Counted from the stretch's first letter, positions 1 to 10,711 are shown. The stretch: 64,000 nucleotides of DNA from Nitrospirota bacterium (GCA_963749655.1 CAVVOB010000035.1:1-64000); one strand, 5' to 3'. The notes: generated by a model not told the origin, from the letters alone. Numbers and translations are program-made.

Positions 1-1
1 T

Positions 2-406
2 GCAGTATACCGGAACAAGCGGTGGTACATCGACAGCGAGGCTGTGCCTTCTGTGCGCGGGCAAGCCGAGACCCAGAAGATCGTCTGTCCCGCCTGTCTG
101 AAGATCCGCGACAATTTTCCGGGCGGCGTCGTGACGCTGAAGGGCGACTACGTCCTGCCGCACAAGCAGGACCTGATGAACCTCATCAAGAACGAGGAGG
201 AGCGCGCGCGGGGATTCAATCCGCTCGAGCGGATCATGTCCATCAAGGAGAACGGCCACGGCAGCCTGGTGATCACCACGACGAACGAGAAGCTTGCCCA
301 GCGCCTCGGCCGCGCCCTCAAAAAAGCTTTTCACGGAGACGTGGCATATCAATGGTCGCATGACAACAAGCTGGCAAGGGTGGATTGGGAGAGGAATGAA
401 GGGTAA
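2..406 (+). CDS. BCAM0308/NMD3-like Zn-ribbon protein, 5'-truncated by window edge
   Basis: Frame open from base 2 (AVYRNKRW...IVCPACLKIRDNFPGG...NPLERIM...TTTNEKLAQRLGRALKKAFHG...VDWER), typical of the BCAM0308 family. Confidence 0.7.
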   Translation, partial: AVYRNKRWYIDSEAVPSVRGQAETQKIVCPACLKIRDNFPGGVVTLKGDYVLPHKQDLMNLIKNEEERARGFNPLERIMSIKENGHGSLVITTTNEKLAQRLGRALKKAFHGDVAYQWSHDNKLARVDWERNEG

Positions 407-473
407 GGTATCTTCAAAAAAAGAGGAGGCCGGCAGCAGGCGCTCATGACCGATACAGACGGACGCCGGTGTG

Positions 474-788
474 TCAGCGATTATCGGGGTTTTCCTGTCC
501 GAGCGCTTTGAGATACTCCTCCCATTCCGATGGGAGGAGATATTTTTTTTTGTTGTTGCAGTCCTTGCACGCAGGCACGAGATTGCCCTGCACGGATTTG
601 CCTCCCCGCACGATGGGGACCAGATGGTCCATGGTCAGATCAGCAGGCTTGAACTTCCGGCCGCAATAGTAGCACACCCCGCTTGAGCGTTTCCTTTTCC
701 ACCACTGCGAATTGCGCAGTTCCCGCGCTTTTGCTTTTTCCCGCTTGATATGCGAATCGTCAACGGTGATAAAAAAATTGTCCTTCAT
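474..788 (-). CDS. Small HNH endonuclease
   Basis: CYYC...LTMDHLVPIVRGG...NLVPACKDCNNKK HNH signature. Confidence 0.9.
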   Translation of the reverse strand: MKDNFFITVDDSHIKREKAKARELRNSQWWKRKRSSGVCYYCGRKFKPADLTMDHLVPIVRGGKSVQGNLVPACKDCNNKKKYLLPSEWEEYLKALGQENPDNR

Positions 789-891
789 AGGTACTTATAT
801 AGTACGTTTGATTCTCTTTTTTGTCACGAAGAAAAATAAAGGGCCGGCCTGCTCGCCCCACCACGTAACATCTCAAAAATTAATATTTTTC

Positions 892-920
892 TTGACAAAG
901 ATATATTTGAAATATATACT
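892..920 (+). promoter_or_regulatory. sigma70-type promoter of the dcw operon
   Basis: TTGACA (892-897), 17 bp spacer, TATACT (915-920). Confidence 0.8.
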
Positions 921-930
921 TTTGCCAGCA

Positions 931-960
931 AGTGGTATAAAGTGGGAAAGGGTGGAGAAG
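931..960 (+). promoter_or_regulatory. MraZ operator (three GTGG boxes, 10-bp period)
   Basis: aGTGGtataa aGTGGgaaag gGTGGagaag directly upstream of mraZ, matching the known MraZ-binding repeat. Confidence 0.85.
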
Positions 961-968
961 AGAGAGAT

Positions 969-1403
969 ATGTTCCGGGGCAGCGCCGAACATACCGTTGA
1001 TTCCAAGGGCAGGGTGAGCATGCCGGTGAAGTTCCGTGAAATCATCTCGGACCGGTACGAGGGCAAGCTCGTTCTGACGATGGACTTCGATCGCTGCCTC
1101 GCCGTCTATCCCCTCGAGGAGTGGGAAAAGCTCGAAGAAAAGATCAAGACCCTCCCGATGATGCAGAAAGAAGTAAAGGACTTCATGCGGTTCTTTTTTT
1201 CCTCGGCTACGGAGTGCGAACTGGACAAGCAGGGCCGCATCCTGATCCCGCCCGGCCACCGGGAGTCCGCGGGGATCGCGAAGAGCGTCATGCTCGTCGG
1301 GATCATGAACAAGATCGAGATATGGGACGCAAAAGCGTGGGAGGCGCGAAATATTCAAAACGGCGACAAGATCGGCGAGGCGTTGGCCGCATTGGGCCTA
1401 TAA
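969..1403 (+). CDS. mraZ: Division/cell wall cluster transcriptional repressor MraZ
   Basis: Two DxxGR motifs (VDSKGRV, LDKQGRI); first gene of the dcw cluster; ATG at 969. Confidence 0.97.
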   Translation: MFRGSAEHTVDSKGRVSMPVKFREIISDRYEGKLVLTMDFDRCLAVYPLEEWEKLEEKIKTLPMMQKEVKDFMRFFFSSATECELDKQGRILIPPGHRESAGIAKSVMLVGIMNKIEIWDAKAWEARNIQNGDKIGEALAALGL

Positions 1404-1407
1404 CGAC

Positions 1408-1767
1408 ATGGGCGAGAAACTCAAAGTATACCAGATGAACCTCGAAGGTGAGATCGACGCGGCGAAGATGGCCGAGATGAACCGCGTTATCGGCCAGCTC
1501 GTCAAGGGGGAGATGTACGGCCTGATCCTCAACTTTGCGCTCGTCGAGCACATTCACTTCACGATCCTGCAGTCCCTCGTCGAGGAGAAGCGCCGGCTCC
1601 AGTCCTTCGGCGGCGACATCCGGCTCGCTGCAATGTCGGACTATATCAAGAACATTTTCCGCACCACCGGGGTGCTCGAGGAATTCCAGGTTTTCGATAC
1701 GGTCCAGCAGGCCGCGAAGAGTTTCGGCGTGAACAAGCCCGAGACGAACCTGCCGCTGGGGCTTTGA
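1408..1767 (+). CDS. STAS-domain (anti-anti-sigma-like) protein
   Basis: LEGEIDAA...LILNFALVEHI...GGDIRLAAMSDYIKNIFRTTG...F.VFDTVQQA STAS pattern. Confidence 0.85.
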   Translation: MGEKLKVYQMNLEGEIDAAKMAEMNRVIGQLVKGEMYGLILNFALVEHIHFTILQSLVEEKRRLQSFGGDIRLAAMSDYIKNIFRTTGVLEEFQVFDTVQQAAKSFGVNKPETNLPLGL

Positions 1768-1770
1768 AGA

Positions 1771-1859
1771 AATGCGGAGTGCGGAATGCGGAATGCGGAA
1801 TCATCTGAAGGCAGGAAGGAACCCGAAACTCCGCACTCCGAACTCGACACTTCGAACTT
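1771..1859. repeat. Heptamer tandem-repeat hairpin (AATGCGG arm / ACTCCGC-ACTCCGA arm)
   Basis: aatgcggagtgcggaatgcggaatgcggaa ... actccgcactccgaactcgacacttcgaact, overlapping the rsmH N-terminus. Confidence 0.75.
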
Positions 1860-2841
1860 AGTCCACGTTCCCGTTCTGCTCCGCGAGGCTGTGGACCTGC
1901 TGGCCCCCCGGCGGGGCGGCGTGTATGTCGACGGCACACTGGGCGCCGGAGGCCACGCAGCGGCGGTCCTCGAACGGTCCGCTCCCGATGGGATCGTCAT
2001 CGGCCTGGACCGGGACCTTGATGCAGTGGAACGATGCACCGCGAGCCTCGCGAAGTACGGAGGCCGGGCGATCATCCGCCAGGCGAACTACCGCGATCTT
2101 CCGTCGGTGCTCGCCGACCTGGGTTATGAAGCCGTGGATGGGGTGCTGCTCGATCTCGGCGTTTCGTGGTTCCACCTCAAGACCCCGGAGCGCGGCTTCA
2201 GCTTCATGCTGGACGGTCCGCTGGACATGCGCATGGACAGGAACGGGCCGCGGACGGCGGCGGACCTGGTGAACGGTCTCTCCCGCGACGAGCTTGCAAG
2301 GATCATCGGTGAATACGGGGAGGAGCGCAAGGCCGGAGCCATAGCGAGGGCCATAGAGAAGGCGAGGGCCCGGAGGCCCATCACGAGCACGGTACAGCTT
2401 GCCGAGATAGTGTCCAGTGTCTTTCCTCCTTACCCTCCCCGGCGCATTCATCCCGCCACACTCACGTTCCAGGCCCTTCGGATAGCGGTCAACGACGAAG
2501 TCGACGCGCTCAGCGAAGGCGTAGCCGCGATGATCCCTCTGCTGAAACCGGGGGGAAGGATCGCCGTCATCACGTTTCATTCGCTTGAGGACCGGATCGT
2601 GAAACGCGCCTTTGTCGGCGCGGCAAAGGGGTGCATCTGTCCTCCCAAAATGCCCCTGTGCGCCTGCGGAAAAAAGCCGGAGCTCAGGATTCTCACGCAC
2701 CGTCCTCACATGGCGGGACCGGAAGAGGTGGCGCAAAACCCTGCCGCACGGAGCGCCAAGCTCCGGGCTGCGGAAAAACTGGCGTCTTCCGTTGAAGACG
2801 AGACCGGACGCCGTGCGAGCGGCGGACGGGGGCGCAACTGA
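1786..2841 (+). CDS. rsmH: 16S rRNA m4C1402 methyltransferase RsmH (MraW)
   Basis: HVPVLLRE, YVDGTLGAGGH, DLGVS, RGFSF, LDMRMD, HPATLTFQALRIAVN, FHSLEDRIVK, RSAKLR. Confidence 0.97.
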   Translation: MRNAESSEGRKEPETPHSELDTSNLVHVPVLLREAVDLLAPRRGGVYVDGTLGAGGHAAAVLERSAPDGIVIGLDRDLDAVERCTASLAKYGGRAIIRQANYRDLPSVLADLGYEAVDGVLLDLGVSWFHLKTPERGFSFMLDGPLDMRMDRNGPRTAADLVNGLSRDELARIIGEYGEERKAGAIARAIEKARARRPITSTVQLAEIVSSVFPPYPPRRIHPATLTFQALRIAVNDEVDALSEGVAAMIPLLKPGGRIAVITFHSLEDRIVKRAFVGAAKGCICPPKMPLCACGKKPELRILTHRPHMAGPEEVAQNPAARSAKLRAAEKLASSVEDETGRRASGGRGRN

Positions 2842-2878
2842 TTTCCGGCTTTGTTTTTGCCGGTGAACGAGTTATTTT

Positions 2879-3214
2879 ATGACAACACGGGTCGGCGGCA
2901 TAGGGTCACTGGTGTTCGAACGAGGCAGGCGCGGAAGCCTGCGGCGGATGTTTGCGACCCTCGTGATCATCACCGCCCTGCTTCTCTATGTGGGAGGGAA
3001 GGTCAAGATCATGCGTCTCGGGTATCAGATCGAGGCGCTCGAGCGCGAGAAACGGGAGCTGGAACGGGCGAACCGGTCCCTCAAGATCGAGGCGGCAAGT
3101 CTGACCACGGCGGCGCGCATCGAGGAGATCGCGAAAAAGCGGTTCGGCATGGTGGTTCCTCCCAAGGATTCCATTGTCGTTGTGAAACGGAAAGCAGCGC
3201 CCAAAGAGAAATAA
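2879..3214 (+). CDS. ftsL: Cell division protein FtsL
   Basis: Single TM followed by coiled coil ending RIEEIAKKRFGMVVP; lies between rsmH and ftsI. Confidence 0.88.
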   Translation: MTTRVGGIGSLVFERGRRGSLRRMFATLVIITALLLYVGGKVKIMRLGYQIEALEREKRELERANRSLKIEAASLTTAARIEEIAKKRFGMVVPPKDSIVVVKRKAAPKEK

Positions 3215-3357
3215 GGGCGGACTGCGTCGGCACTGTTCGCAGCGTGAAGAAGGGGAGACTGCTTTCGGCCAGAAGTCGGAATGCAAGGGTCGCGGTTTTT
3301 CCGGCTTCAGGAGATGTTCCGGTCTGGTCCGGCGCCAAGCGGGCTTGTCCGGGTTAG

Positions 3358-5097
3358 GTGAGTATGGAACGACGGGGGCGCATCCTCCTTATATTGTTTG
3401 TCATCACCGCGGGCTTCGGGCTCGTAGCCCTGAGACTTGTCTACCTTCAGGTGCTCGAGCGCTCCAAGCTTTCGGTGCGGGCGGAGCGTCAGCAGGAGCA
3501 GGTCGTGACGCTCGAGCCCAAGCGCGGGACCATCTTCGACCGCATGGGCAGGGAGCTGGCCGTAAGCCTCGATGTCGATTCCGTATACGGCGTTCCTTCC
3601 AAGGTCGACCGGCCCCGGGAACTGGCGCTGCAACTGTCGCGGATCCTGCATGAAGATCCCCGGCTGCTGGAGCGTAAGCTCGAGGGCGGCAAGCACTTTG
3701 TGTGGCTCAGCCGGAAGGTGGATCCGGACAAGGCGAAAAAAATAAAAGAACTCCGCTCCGATGAGGTCGGCCTCCGCACCGAGACGAGGCGGTTCTATCC
3801 CAAGAAGGCCCTGGCCGGTCCGGTGCTCGGTTTTACGAGCATTGACAACATCGGCCTCGAGGGACTTGAACGGACCTACGACTCGGTCCTCCGCGGCGTG
3901 AACGGGTGGGTTCTTGCCGAGAAGGATGCAATGGGCAGGACGGTCTTCCCCGGAGGCCCCGGCTACCAGTACAAGATGCCCAAGCCCGGGAGCGACGTCA
4001 TCCTGACGATCGACGAGGTGATCCAGCACATCGCCGAGAAAGAGCTTGACGCCGCCCTTGCCAGCTCCCGCGCGAAAGGCGGGGTCTGCCTTGTCATGAA
4101 TCCGCAGACCGGAGAGATCCTCGCCCTGTCGGTCCGCACGAACGGTCACGGTAGCGCGGCCTTCAATCCGAACGAGCCCCAGCGCTACAAGCCGGCCGAA
4201 TGGCGGAACCGGGCGGTAACGGACAGCTTCGAGCCAGGCTCCATATTCAAGGCGGTGCTGGCAGCCGCGGCCCTCGAGGAAAAGGTCGTCCATCCCCTCG
4301 AACGGGTCGATTGCAGCGCCGGCAGCATCAAGGTCGCTGATCGGGTGATCAACGACGCGCACCGCAACGGGGTGCTGACCTTTACCGATGTGATCGCCGA
4401 ATCGAGCAATGTGGGCACCATCAAGGTCGCCCTGAGGCTCGGAAAGGACCGCTTCTCGAAATACATCTCCGCTTTCGGCTTCGGCCGGAAGACCGGCGTG
4501 GACCTGCCGGGAGAGATCTCGGGGTCGGTCAAGGACAGCAGGCTGTGGTCGGGAGTGTCCATCGCCTCGATCGCGATCGGCCAGGAGGTCGGCGTTACGC
4601 CGCTCCAGATGGCGACCGCCTATTCGGCGCTGGCGAACGGCGGCACGCTGATGAAGCCGTACATCGTGTCGGAAATCGCCGGCGGCAGCAGCGGGCAGGC
4701 GAAAAAATTCGGCCCCCAGCCGATCGCCCGCATTGTTTCCGAGGACACGTGCAGCAAGGTGAATGCGATGCTGAAGCGGGTCATTGAGATCGGCACGGGC
4801 ACGCAGGCAAAGCCCTCCGGCTACAGCGCGGCCGGAAAGACCGGCACTGCCCAGAAGATCGACTCGCGAACGGGCTTGTATTCGAAGAAGGACTATGTGA
4901 GCTCCTTCGTCGGTTTTGTGCCGGCATCGGCGCCCAGGCTCGTGATCGTTGTTATGGTGGACACTCCTGAAAGCGGATCTATCTACGGCGGCACCGTGGC
5001 CGCGCCGGTGTTCAAGGCAGTGGCCGAGCAGAGTCTCGCCTATCTGCAGGTCCCGCCTGATGACATGGGAGGCAGGATGCTTCTGGTGACACGATGA
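3358..5097 (+). CDS. ftsI: Class B PBP FtsI (PBP3)
   Basis: RGTIFDR, RFYP, GLEGLE, EPGSIFK (SxxK), SSN, KTGTAQK. Confidence 0.95.
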   Translation: MSMERRGRILLILFVITAGFGLVALRLVYLQVLERSKLSVRAERQQEQVVTLEPKRGTIFDRMGRELAVSLDVDSVYGVPSKVDRPRELALQLSRILHEDPRLLERKLEGGKHFVWLSRKVDPDKAKKIKELRSDEVGLRTETRRFYPKKALAGPVLGFTSIDNIGLEGLERTYDSVLRGVNGWVLAEKDAMGRTVFPGGPGYQYKMPKPGSDVILTIDEVIQHIAEKELDAALASSRAKGGVCLVMNPQTGEILALSVRTNGHGSAAFNPNEPQRYKPAEWRNRAVTDSFEPGSIFKAVLAAAALEEKVVHPLERVDCSAGSIKVADRVINDAHRNGVLTFTDVIAESSNVGTIKVALRLGKDRFSKYISAFGFGRKTGVDLPGEISGSVKDSRLWSGVSIASIAIGQEVGVTPLQMATAYSALANGGTLMKPYIVSEIAGGSSGQAKKFGPQPIARIVSEDTCSKVNAMLKRVIEIGTGTQAKPSGYSAAGKTGTAQKIDSRTGLYSKKDYVSSFVGFVPASAPRLVIVVMVDTPESGSIYGGTVAAPVFKAVAEQSLAYLQVPPDDMGGRMLLVTR

Positions 5098-6785
5098 AAC
5101 TGGGCGAACTCCTGAGCGCCTTGGAGGGAACGGCGACGCTGCCGCAGGCCGCGATGAACGGCGAAGTGGCCGACATCGCCCACGATTCCCGGAAAGTGGC
5201 CCCGGGCTCCCTTTTTGTGGCCGTGCGAGGATTTCACTCGGACGGCCATCAGTTTATTCCGCAGGCCCTCGAGCGGGGGGCCGCGGCCGTGGTCGCAGAA
5301 CAGGCGGGTGTTCCCGCGGCAACGGGCTCCGGCTCCGTCCCCTTTGTCGTTGTCGAGGACTCGCGCCGGGCGCTGGCGCGACTGGCAGCGGCTTTTTACG
5401 GTCATCCTTCCCGCAGGATCAAAGTGGTCGGCATTACGGGGACGAAGGGAAAGACGACGACCAGCTATCTCGTCAAGTCCGTTATCGAGGCCGCAGGGCA
5501 AACAACGGGGCTCATCGGGACCATCGACTACCGCGTGGGCGACAAGGTCTATCCCGCTCCGAATACCACGCCCGAATCTCTGGACCTTCAGGCGCTCCTC
5601 GCCGAAATGGCCGCTGCGCGGGCCGGGTACTGCGTGATGGAAGTGTCGTCACATGCCCTTGCCCTCGGCAGGACCGATGAGTGCGTTTTCGAGGCAGCCG
5701 CGTTCACGAACCTCGCCCACGATCACCTGGATTTTCACGGAACGGCCGATGACTATTTTCAGGCCAAGCTCCTGTTGTTCACCGGGCTCGGCCGCGACAA
5801 GGTCGCGGTGGTCAATGCCGATGACGAGCGGTCCAGGCAGATCGTCGCAAGCAGCAAGGCCCGCCTGATAACCTTCGGGCTTGCCGGGAACGCCGACGTC
5901 CGTCCGCGGACGGCCATCGGCCATGGCCTGCAGGGGCTGGCTTTCACGGCGGCGACGCCTGCGGGCGACATTGCCGTCGAGTCCCCCCTGGTGGGGAGGC
6001 ACAACGTCTATAACATCCTGACGGCTGTCGGTCTGGGCCTCGGCCTCGGCTTCTCTCCCGGGACCATCGCGACGGGCATCCGGCGAATGCGGGCCGTGCC
6101 CGGACGGATGGAGAAGGTGGACGAGGGCCAGAAGTTCGGCGTGCTCGTCGACTATGCCCATACCGAGGGTTCGCTCGCATCGCTGCTGGAAGCCGTCCGC
6201 GACGTGGCTGCGGGCAGGATCATCACCGTCTTCGGATGCGGCGGAGACCGGGACCGGACCAAACGGCCTAAGATGGGAGCAGCGGCCCTGAAGGGAAGCG
6301 ATCTCGTGATCGTGACCTCCGACAATCCGCGCACCGAGGACCCGGCCGGCATCATTCGGGAGATCGAAGCCGGCATGGCCGCGGGATAAGAATGATCGAG
6401 TTCGAGTCGCTGAAGGGATATACAAAGGACGGCGTCCGGGGAAGCAGAACTCCCTACGCGGTCATCCCCGACCGGCATGCAGGCAATAGCCGCCGCAGTC
6501 GGGATGGCCGGTGCAGGGGATGTCGTCGTGCTTGCCGGCAAAGGCCACGAGGACTATCAGATCATCGGCGACCGGAAGATCCACTTTGACGACCGGGAAA
6601 TTGCGAGAGAAGAAATCAGGAAGCAATGCGGATTGCGGATTGCGAAATGCGGAATGAAGAAGGGGTTAGGGGCATTGCGGATTGCAAATTGGACAATCGA
6701 CGGTCAGCATTCTTCATCTTGTTCTCGTATTGCAATCCGCAATTCGAAATTGAACTATGAACAGCATCTGAAGAAATGTTGTTAA
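5094..6785 (+). CDS. murE: UDP-MurNAc-tripeptide synthetase MurE (meso-DAP type); frameshifted near 6385 and 6478, true stop uncertain
   Basis: [49 protein letters not shown]; C-terminal AGKGHEDYQ...FDDRE in another frame. Confidence 0.92.
6625..6753. repeat. Heptamer repeat hairpin (ATTGCGG/AATGCGG arm, AATCCGC/AATTCGA arm) at the murE-murF junction
   Basis: aatgcggattgcggattgcgaaatgcggaat...attgcggattgcaaatt ... ttgcaatccgcaattcgaaattg. Confidence 0.75.
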
Positions 6786-8129
6786 GCGATCTCTTGGGAA
6801 GGATGGAGCGCATGGAAATCAAAGGAGTATCCATAGACTCCCGGAGCATCAGGGAGGGCGAGCTGTTCGTCGCGCTCAAGGGCGACCGCTTTGACGGCCA
6901 TGATTTTGTTCCTGCCGCGATGCAGCGGGGCGCCTGGGGCGCGCTCGTGGACCGCGTTGCGCTGGAGAATAAGTTCGCCAGCCTGGGCGGGCTCAAGAAC
7001 ATTCTGCCCGTGGATGACACGCTGTTTGCGCTGCAGGAGATGTCGCTCATGCACCGGAAGAAAGTACGCGATCCCTGTCGTCGGGATCACGGGCTCGAAC
7101 GGCAAGACCACGACCAAGGAAATGCTCGCCGGCATCCTGGCGCAGAACGGGCCGGTGCTCAAGAACGAAGGGAACCTGAACAATCACATCGGCGTGCCGC
7201 TCACGCTCCTGAAGCTCAACGCAGGCCATCGGGCGGCAACGGTCGAGATGGGAATGAGCGCAGCCGGAGAGATCGACCTGCTCGCGCGCCTGGTGAGCCC
7301 CACGGTGGGTGTGATCACGAACATCGGACCCGCGCACCTGGAGTTTTTCGGCGGAAGCCTCGACGGTGTGGCCGCGGCCAAAGGGGAGCTCCTGGATAAT
7401 CTGGGGCCCGATGCAACGGCCGTGCTGAATGCCGATGATCCGTATTTTTCGGCCTTGCAGGCCAGGTTCAACGGGGCAAAGGTGACCTTCGGCACAACCG
7501 CTGGGGCGGATGTGGCTGCCACCGGCATCCGACAGGAGCGGGACGCCATCGAGTGTACGATCTCGGCCCATGGCGCTTCGGCGGACGTCCGGCTCCGCGC
7601 CGCAGGCATGCATAATGTCTACAATGCTCTGGCCGCGGCTGCAGGGGCGATCGCAGTCGGTCTTACCCTGGAGGCGGTGAAGCAGGGACTGAACAGCTTC
7701 ACTCCCGTTGCTCTGCGGTCCGAGATCAGGGATGTCCAGGGGAGGACCGTTCTCGCAGATTGCTACAATGCCAATCCGGCCTCCATGGCGGCGGCGATCG
7801 ACACCCTGGCGTCACTCGGCGCGGGCCGGAAAACCATAGCCGTGCTCGGCGACATGCTTGAGCTGGGCGATGCCGGCGTTGAGGCCCACCGCGAGATCGG
7901 CCGCGCCGCGGCGCGAAGCAAGATAGATCTGATCATCACGCTCGGCACGCTGGGCAGGCAGATCGGTCAGGGCGCCCGCGAAGCGGGAATGGAAAAGGGG
8001 CAGGTTCTGGAAGCGGGTAAGCACGCCGACGCGGCGGAACTGCTGCGCAAGCATTCGCGGCCGGGCGACGTCATCCTCATCAAGGGATCACGGGGCATGA
8101 AAATGGAGAAGGTCCTGGAGGAGTTCTGA
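6776..8129 (+). CDS. murF: UDP-MurNAc-pentapeptide synthetase MurF; frameshift near 7060
   Basis: VSIDSR...[15 protein letters not shown] in one frame; [47 protein letters not shown] in the next. Confidence 0.93.
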
Positions 8130-9211
8130 TGCTTTATCATTTGCTCTATCAGCTGCATAACACGGTCCCCGGCTTCAACGTGTTCCGGTACATAACGTTC
8201 CGGAGCGCCGGCGCCGTGCTGACGGCGCTGCTCGTGAGTTTTCTCCTGGGGCCGTCGGTGATCGCATGGCTGAGGCGGCTGAAGGTCGGGCAGCACGTCC
8301 GGGACGACGGGCCGCATACCCACCTGTCCAAGCAGGGCACCCCGACCATGGGCGGCCTTCTCATCATTGCCGCCCTGGTCACCTCGGTCCTTTTGTGGTC
8401 CGATCTTTCGAACAAGTATGTCTGGGTCGTGCTCTTTGCGACAATCACGTTCGGCGGCATCGGCTTCTGGGACGATTATCTGAAAGTGGTGAAGAAGAGG
8501 TCTACGGGGCTCCGGGCGTATCAGAAGTCGGGGCTCCAGGTCCTGGCGTCGCTCGCGATCGGTTTCTTCCTCTACTATACTCCGGGCGATCCCTTCAGCA
8601 CCCATTTGTCCGTGCCGTTCCTGAAGCGCCTGTTGCTGGACCTGGGCTGGTTCTACATTCCCTTCGTGGTTGTCGTGATCGTCGGATCGTCCAATGCCGT
8701 TAACCTTACCGACGGCCTCGACGGCCTTGCGATCGGCCTCGTGGGAATTGCGTCCACGGCCAACGCGGTGATCGTCTACCTGGGCGGGAACAAGATCATT
8801 GCGGATTACCTCAAGATCCTCTACATTCCCGGAAGCGGCGAGCTGGCGATCTTTTGCGGCGCGCTGCTCGGAGCGAGCCTCGGATTCCTGTGGTACAACT
8901 CGCACCCGGCCGAGGTATTCATGGGCGACGTGGGCTCCCTCTCCCTGGGCGCAGCGCTCGGGACTCTTGCCGTGGTCACGAGGCACGAGCTCATCCTGGT
9001 CATCACCGGCGGCATCTTCGTGGCCGAGACCGTGTCGGTCATGCTGCAGGTCGCATCGTACAAGCTGACGGGCAGGCGCATCTTCAGAATGGCGCCGATC
9101 CATCACCACTTTGAGCAGATCGGATGGCCCGAGTCCAAGGTCATTACACGGTTCTGGATCGTCGGGATCATCCTGGCGCTGATCTCGATCGGGACACTGA
9201 AGTTGAGGTAG
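8129..9211 (+). CDS. mraY: Phospho-MurNAc-pentapeptide transferase MraY
   Basis: KQGTPTMGG, GFWDDY, SNAVNLTDGLDGL, FMGDVGS, MAPIHHHFE. Confidence 0.98.
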   Translation: MLYHLLYQLHNTVPGFNVFRYITFRSAGAVLTALLVSFLLGPSVIAWLRRLKVGQHVRDDGPHTHLSKQGTPTMGGLLIIAALVTSVLLWSDLSNKYVWVVLFATITFGGIGFWDDYLKVVKKRSTGLRAYQKSGLQVLASLAIGFFLYYTPGDPFSTHLSVPFLKRLLLDLGWFYIPFVVVVIVGSSNAVNLTDGLDGLAIGLVGIASTANAVIVYLGGNKIIADYLKILYIPGSGELAIFCGALLGASLGFLWYNSHPAEVFMGDVGSLSLGAALGTLAVVTRHELILVITGGIFVAETVSVMLQVASYKLTGRRIFRMAPIHHHFEQIGWPESKVITRFWIVGIILALISIGTLKLR

Positions 9212-9222
9212 AAAACAACAGA

Positions 9223-9282
9223 AGTGCATGGTGCAGAGAGCAGAGCGTTAAATTCCTTGCGCCAAGCGCTCTGCGCTCTGCG
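9223..9282. repeat. Heptamer repeat hairpin (GCAGAGA arm / GCTCTGC arm) at the mraY-murD junction
   Basis: gtgcatggtgcagagagcagagcg ... tgcgccaagcgctctgcgctctgcg. Confidence 0.72.
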
Positions 9283-9296
9283 TGAGTGGAGGCATT

Positions 9297-10637
9297 GTGC
9301 AACCTGATTTCAAGGGCAAGAAGGTAACGGTCGTCGGTCTGGCGCGGAGCGGGGTCGCTGCTGCACGGGCATTGGAAGCCCTCGGCGCGAGCGTGACCGT
9401 GACGGACAGGAAGCCGCTGGACCAGCTGACGGCGCAGGTCCGGGCGCTCGGCAGCAGCCGGATCGCCGTTGAAGCGGGCGGACATCCCGACCGCATTTTC
9501 CTCGAGTCCGATCTTATCGTGCTTTCCCCCGGCGTGCCGAATACTATTCCGCCGATCATGCAGGCACGCGGCGCGGCGTGAAGGTGATCAGCGAGCTGGA
9601 GCTGGCGTGGCTCCTCTCGGATTCTCCCTACGTCGGCATTGCGGGCACGAATGGAAAATCCACGGTCACGACGCTCGTCGGGCTCATGCTCGCGCGGGCG
9701 AAGAAGAAGGTCCTGGTGGCCGGAAACATCGGCAACGCGCTCACGGACGATGTTTCGCTTCTCAGGGACCGGGACTGGATCGTCGCCGAGCTTTCCAGCT
9801 TCCAGCTCGAGGACATCGACACCTTCCGTCCGCGTGTTGCGACGATCCTGAACGTGACCCAGGACCATCTGGACCGGTATCGCGATATGAACGAATACGC
9901 CGAGGCCAAGGCCCGCGTCTTCATGAACCAGCAGAACTCGGACTTCCTGGTGCTTAACTTCGATGATCCGGTTGTGAAGTCATTTGCACGGCGGACGGCT
10001 GCGACCGTGGTCCCCTTTTCCCGCCTTCTGCGCTTTAACCCGGGCGCATGCGTTCTCGACGGGAGGGTCCGTGTTCAACGGCAAGCCCGTTATCAATGCC
10101 GACGAGATCAGGATCAAGGGCGTCCACAACCTCGAGAACGCCCTGGCCGCCGCCGCGATGGCGCTCTGCGCAGGGGCCGACACCGGGTCGGTGGCCGCTG
10201 TGCTCCGCGAGTTCCCGGGACTTGAGCACCGCCTCGAATTCGTGCGCGAGTTGAACGGCGTCACGTATATTAATGACTCCAAGGGAACGAATGTGGGCGC
10301 CGTGGTAAAGTCCGTCGAAGGGTTCACGCAGCCGGTCATCCTGATCGCCGGCGGCCTGGACAAGGGAAGCGACTTCAGCCCCCTCTTCGACCTGTTCAGG
10401 CGGAAGGTGCGGCTGCTGATCCTGATCGGCAAGGCAGCAGACAAGATGGCGAAGGCGCTCGGAGCTTCCACCGAAACGGTATTTGCGCAATCACTTCAGG
10501 ATGCGGTGAAGCTTGCGTCCCAGCGCGCGAATAAGGGGGACGTTGTGCTCCTGTCGCCTGCCTGCGCGAGTTTTGATATGTTCAGGGATTTCGAGGACCG
10601 GGGCAGGCAGTTTAAGGAAGCGGTGAAAGCGCTTTAA
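9297..10637 (+). CDS. murD: UDP-MurNAc-L-Ala:D-Glu ligase MurD; frameshifts near 9545-9578 and 10065
   Basis: VVGLARSG, LSPGVP; GTNGKSTVT, ELSSFQL, DHLDRY; HNLENA, LEHRLE, NDSKGTN, LLSPACASFD spread over three frames; GGAGG-GTG start at 9297. Confidence 0.93.
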
Positions 10638-10687
10638 GCAGAGAGCAGAGAGATCCTCCCCTCTGCGCCATGCTCCATGCACTATGC
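10637..10687. repeat. Heptamer repeat hairpin at the murD-ftsW junction
   Basis: agcagagagcagagag atcctccc ctctgcgccatgctccatgcactatgc. Confidence 0.68.
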
Positions 10688-10711
10688 AGGAGAATTCTAT
10701 TGCAGAACGTA

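Noticed and set aside
5094-10637. murE, murF and murD as pseudogenes or programmed frameshifts
   Set aside because: Essential genes with intact motifs on both sides of each break, no consistent slippery sites, and indels spread across the whole window point to sequencing error
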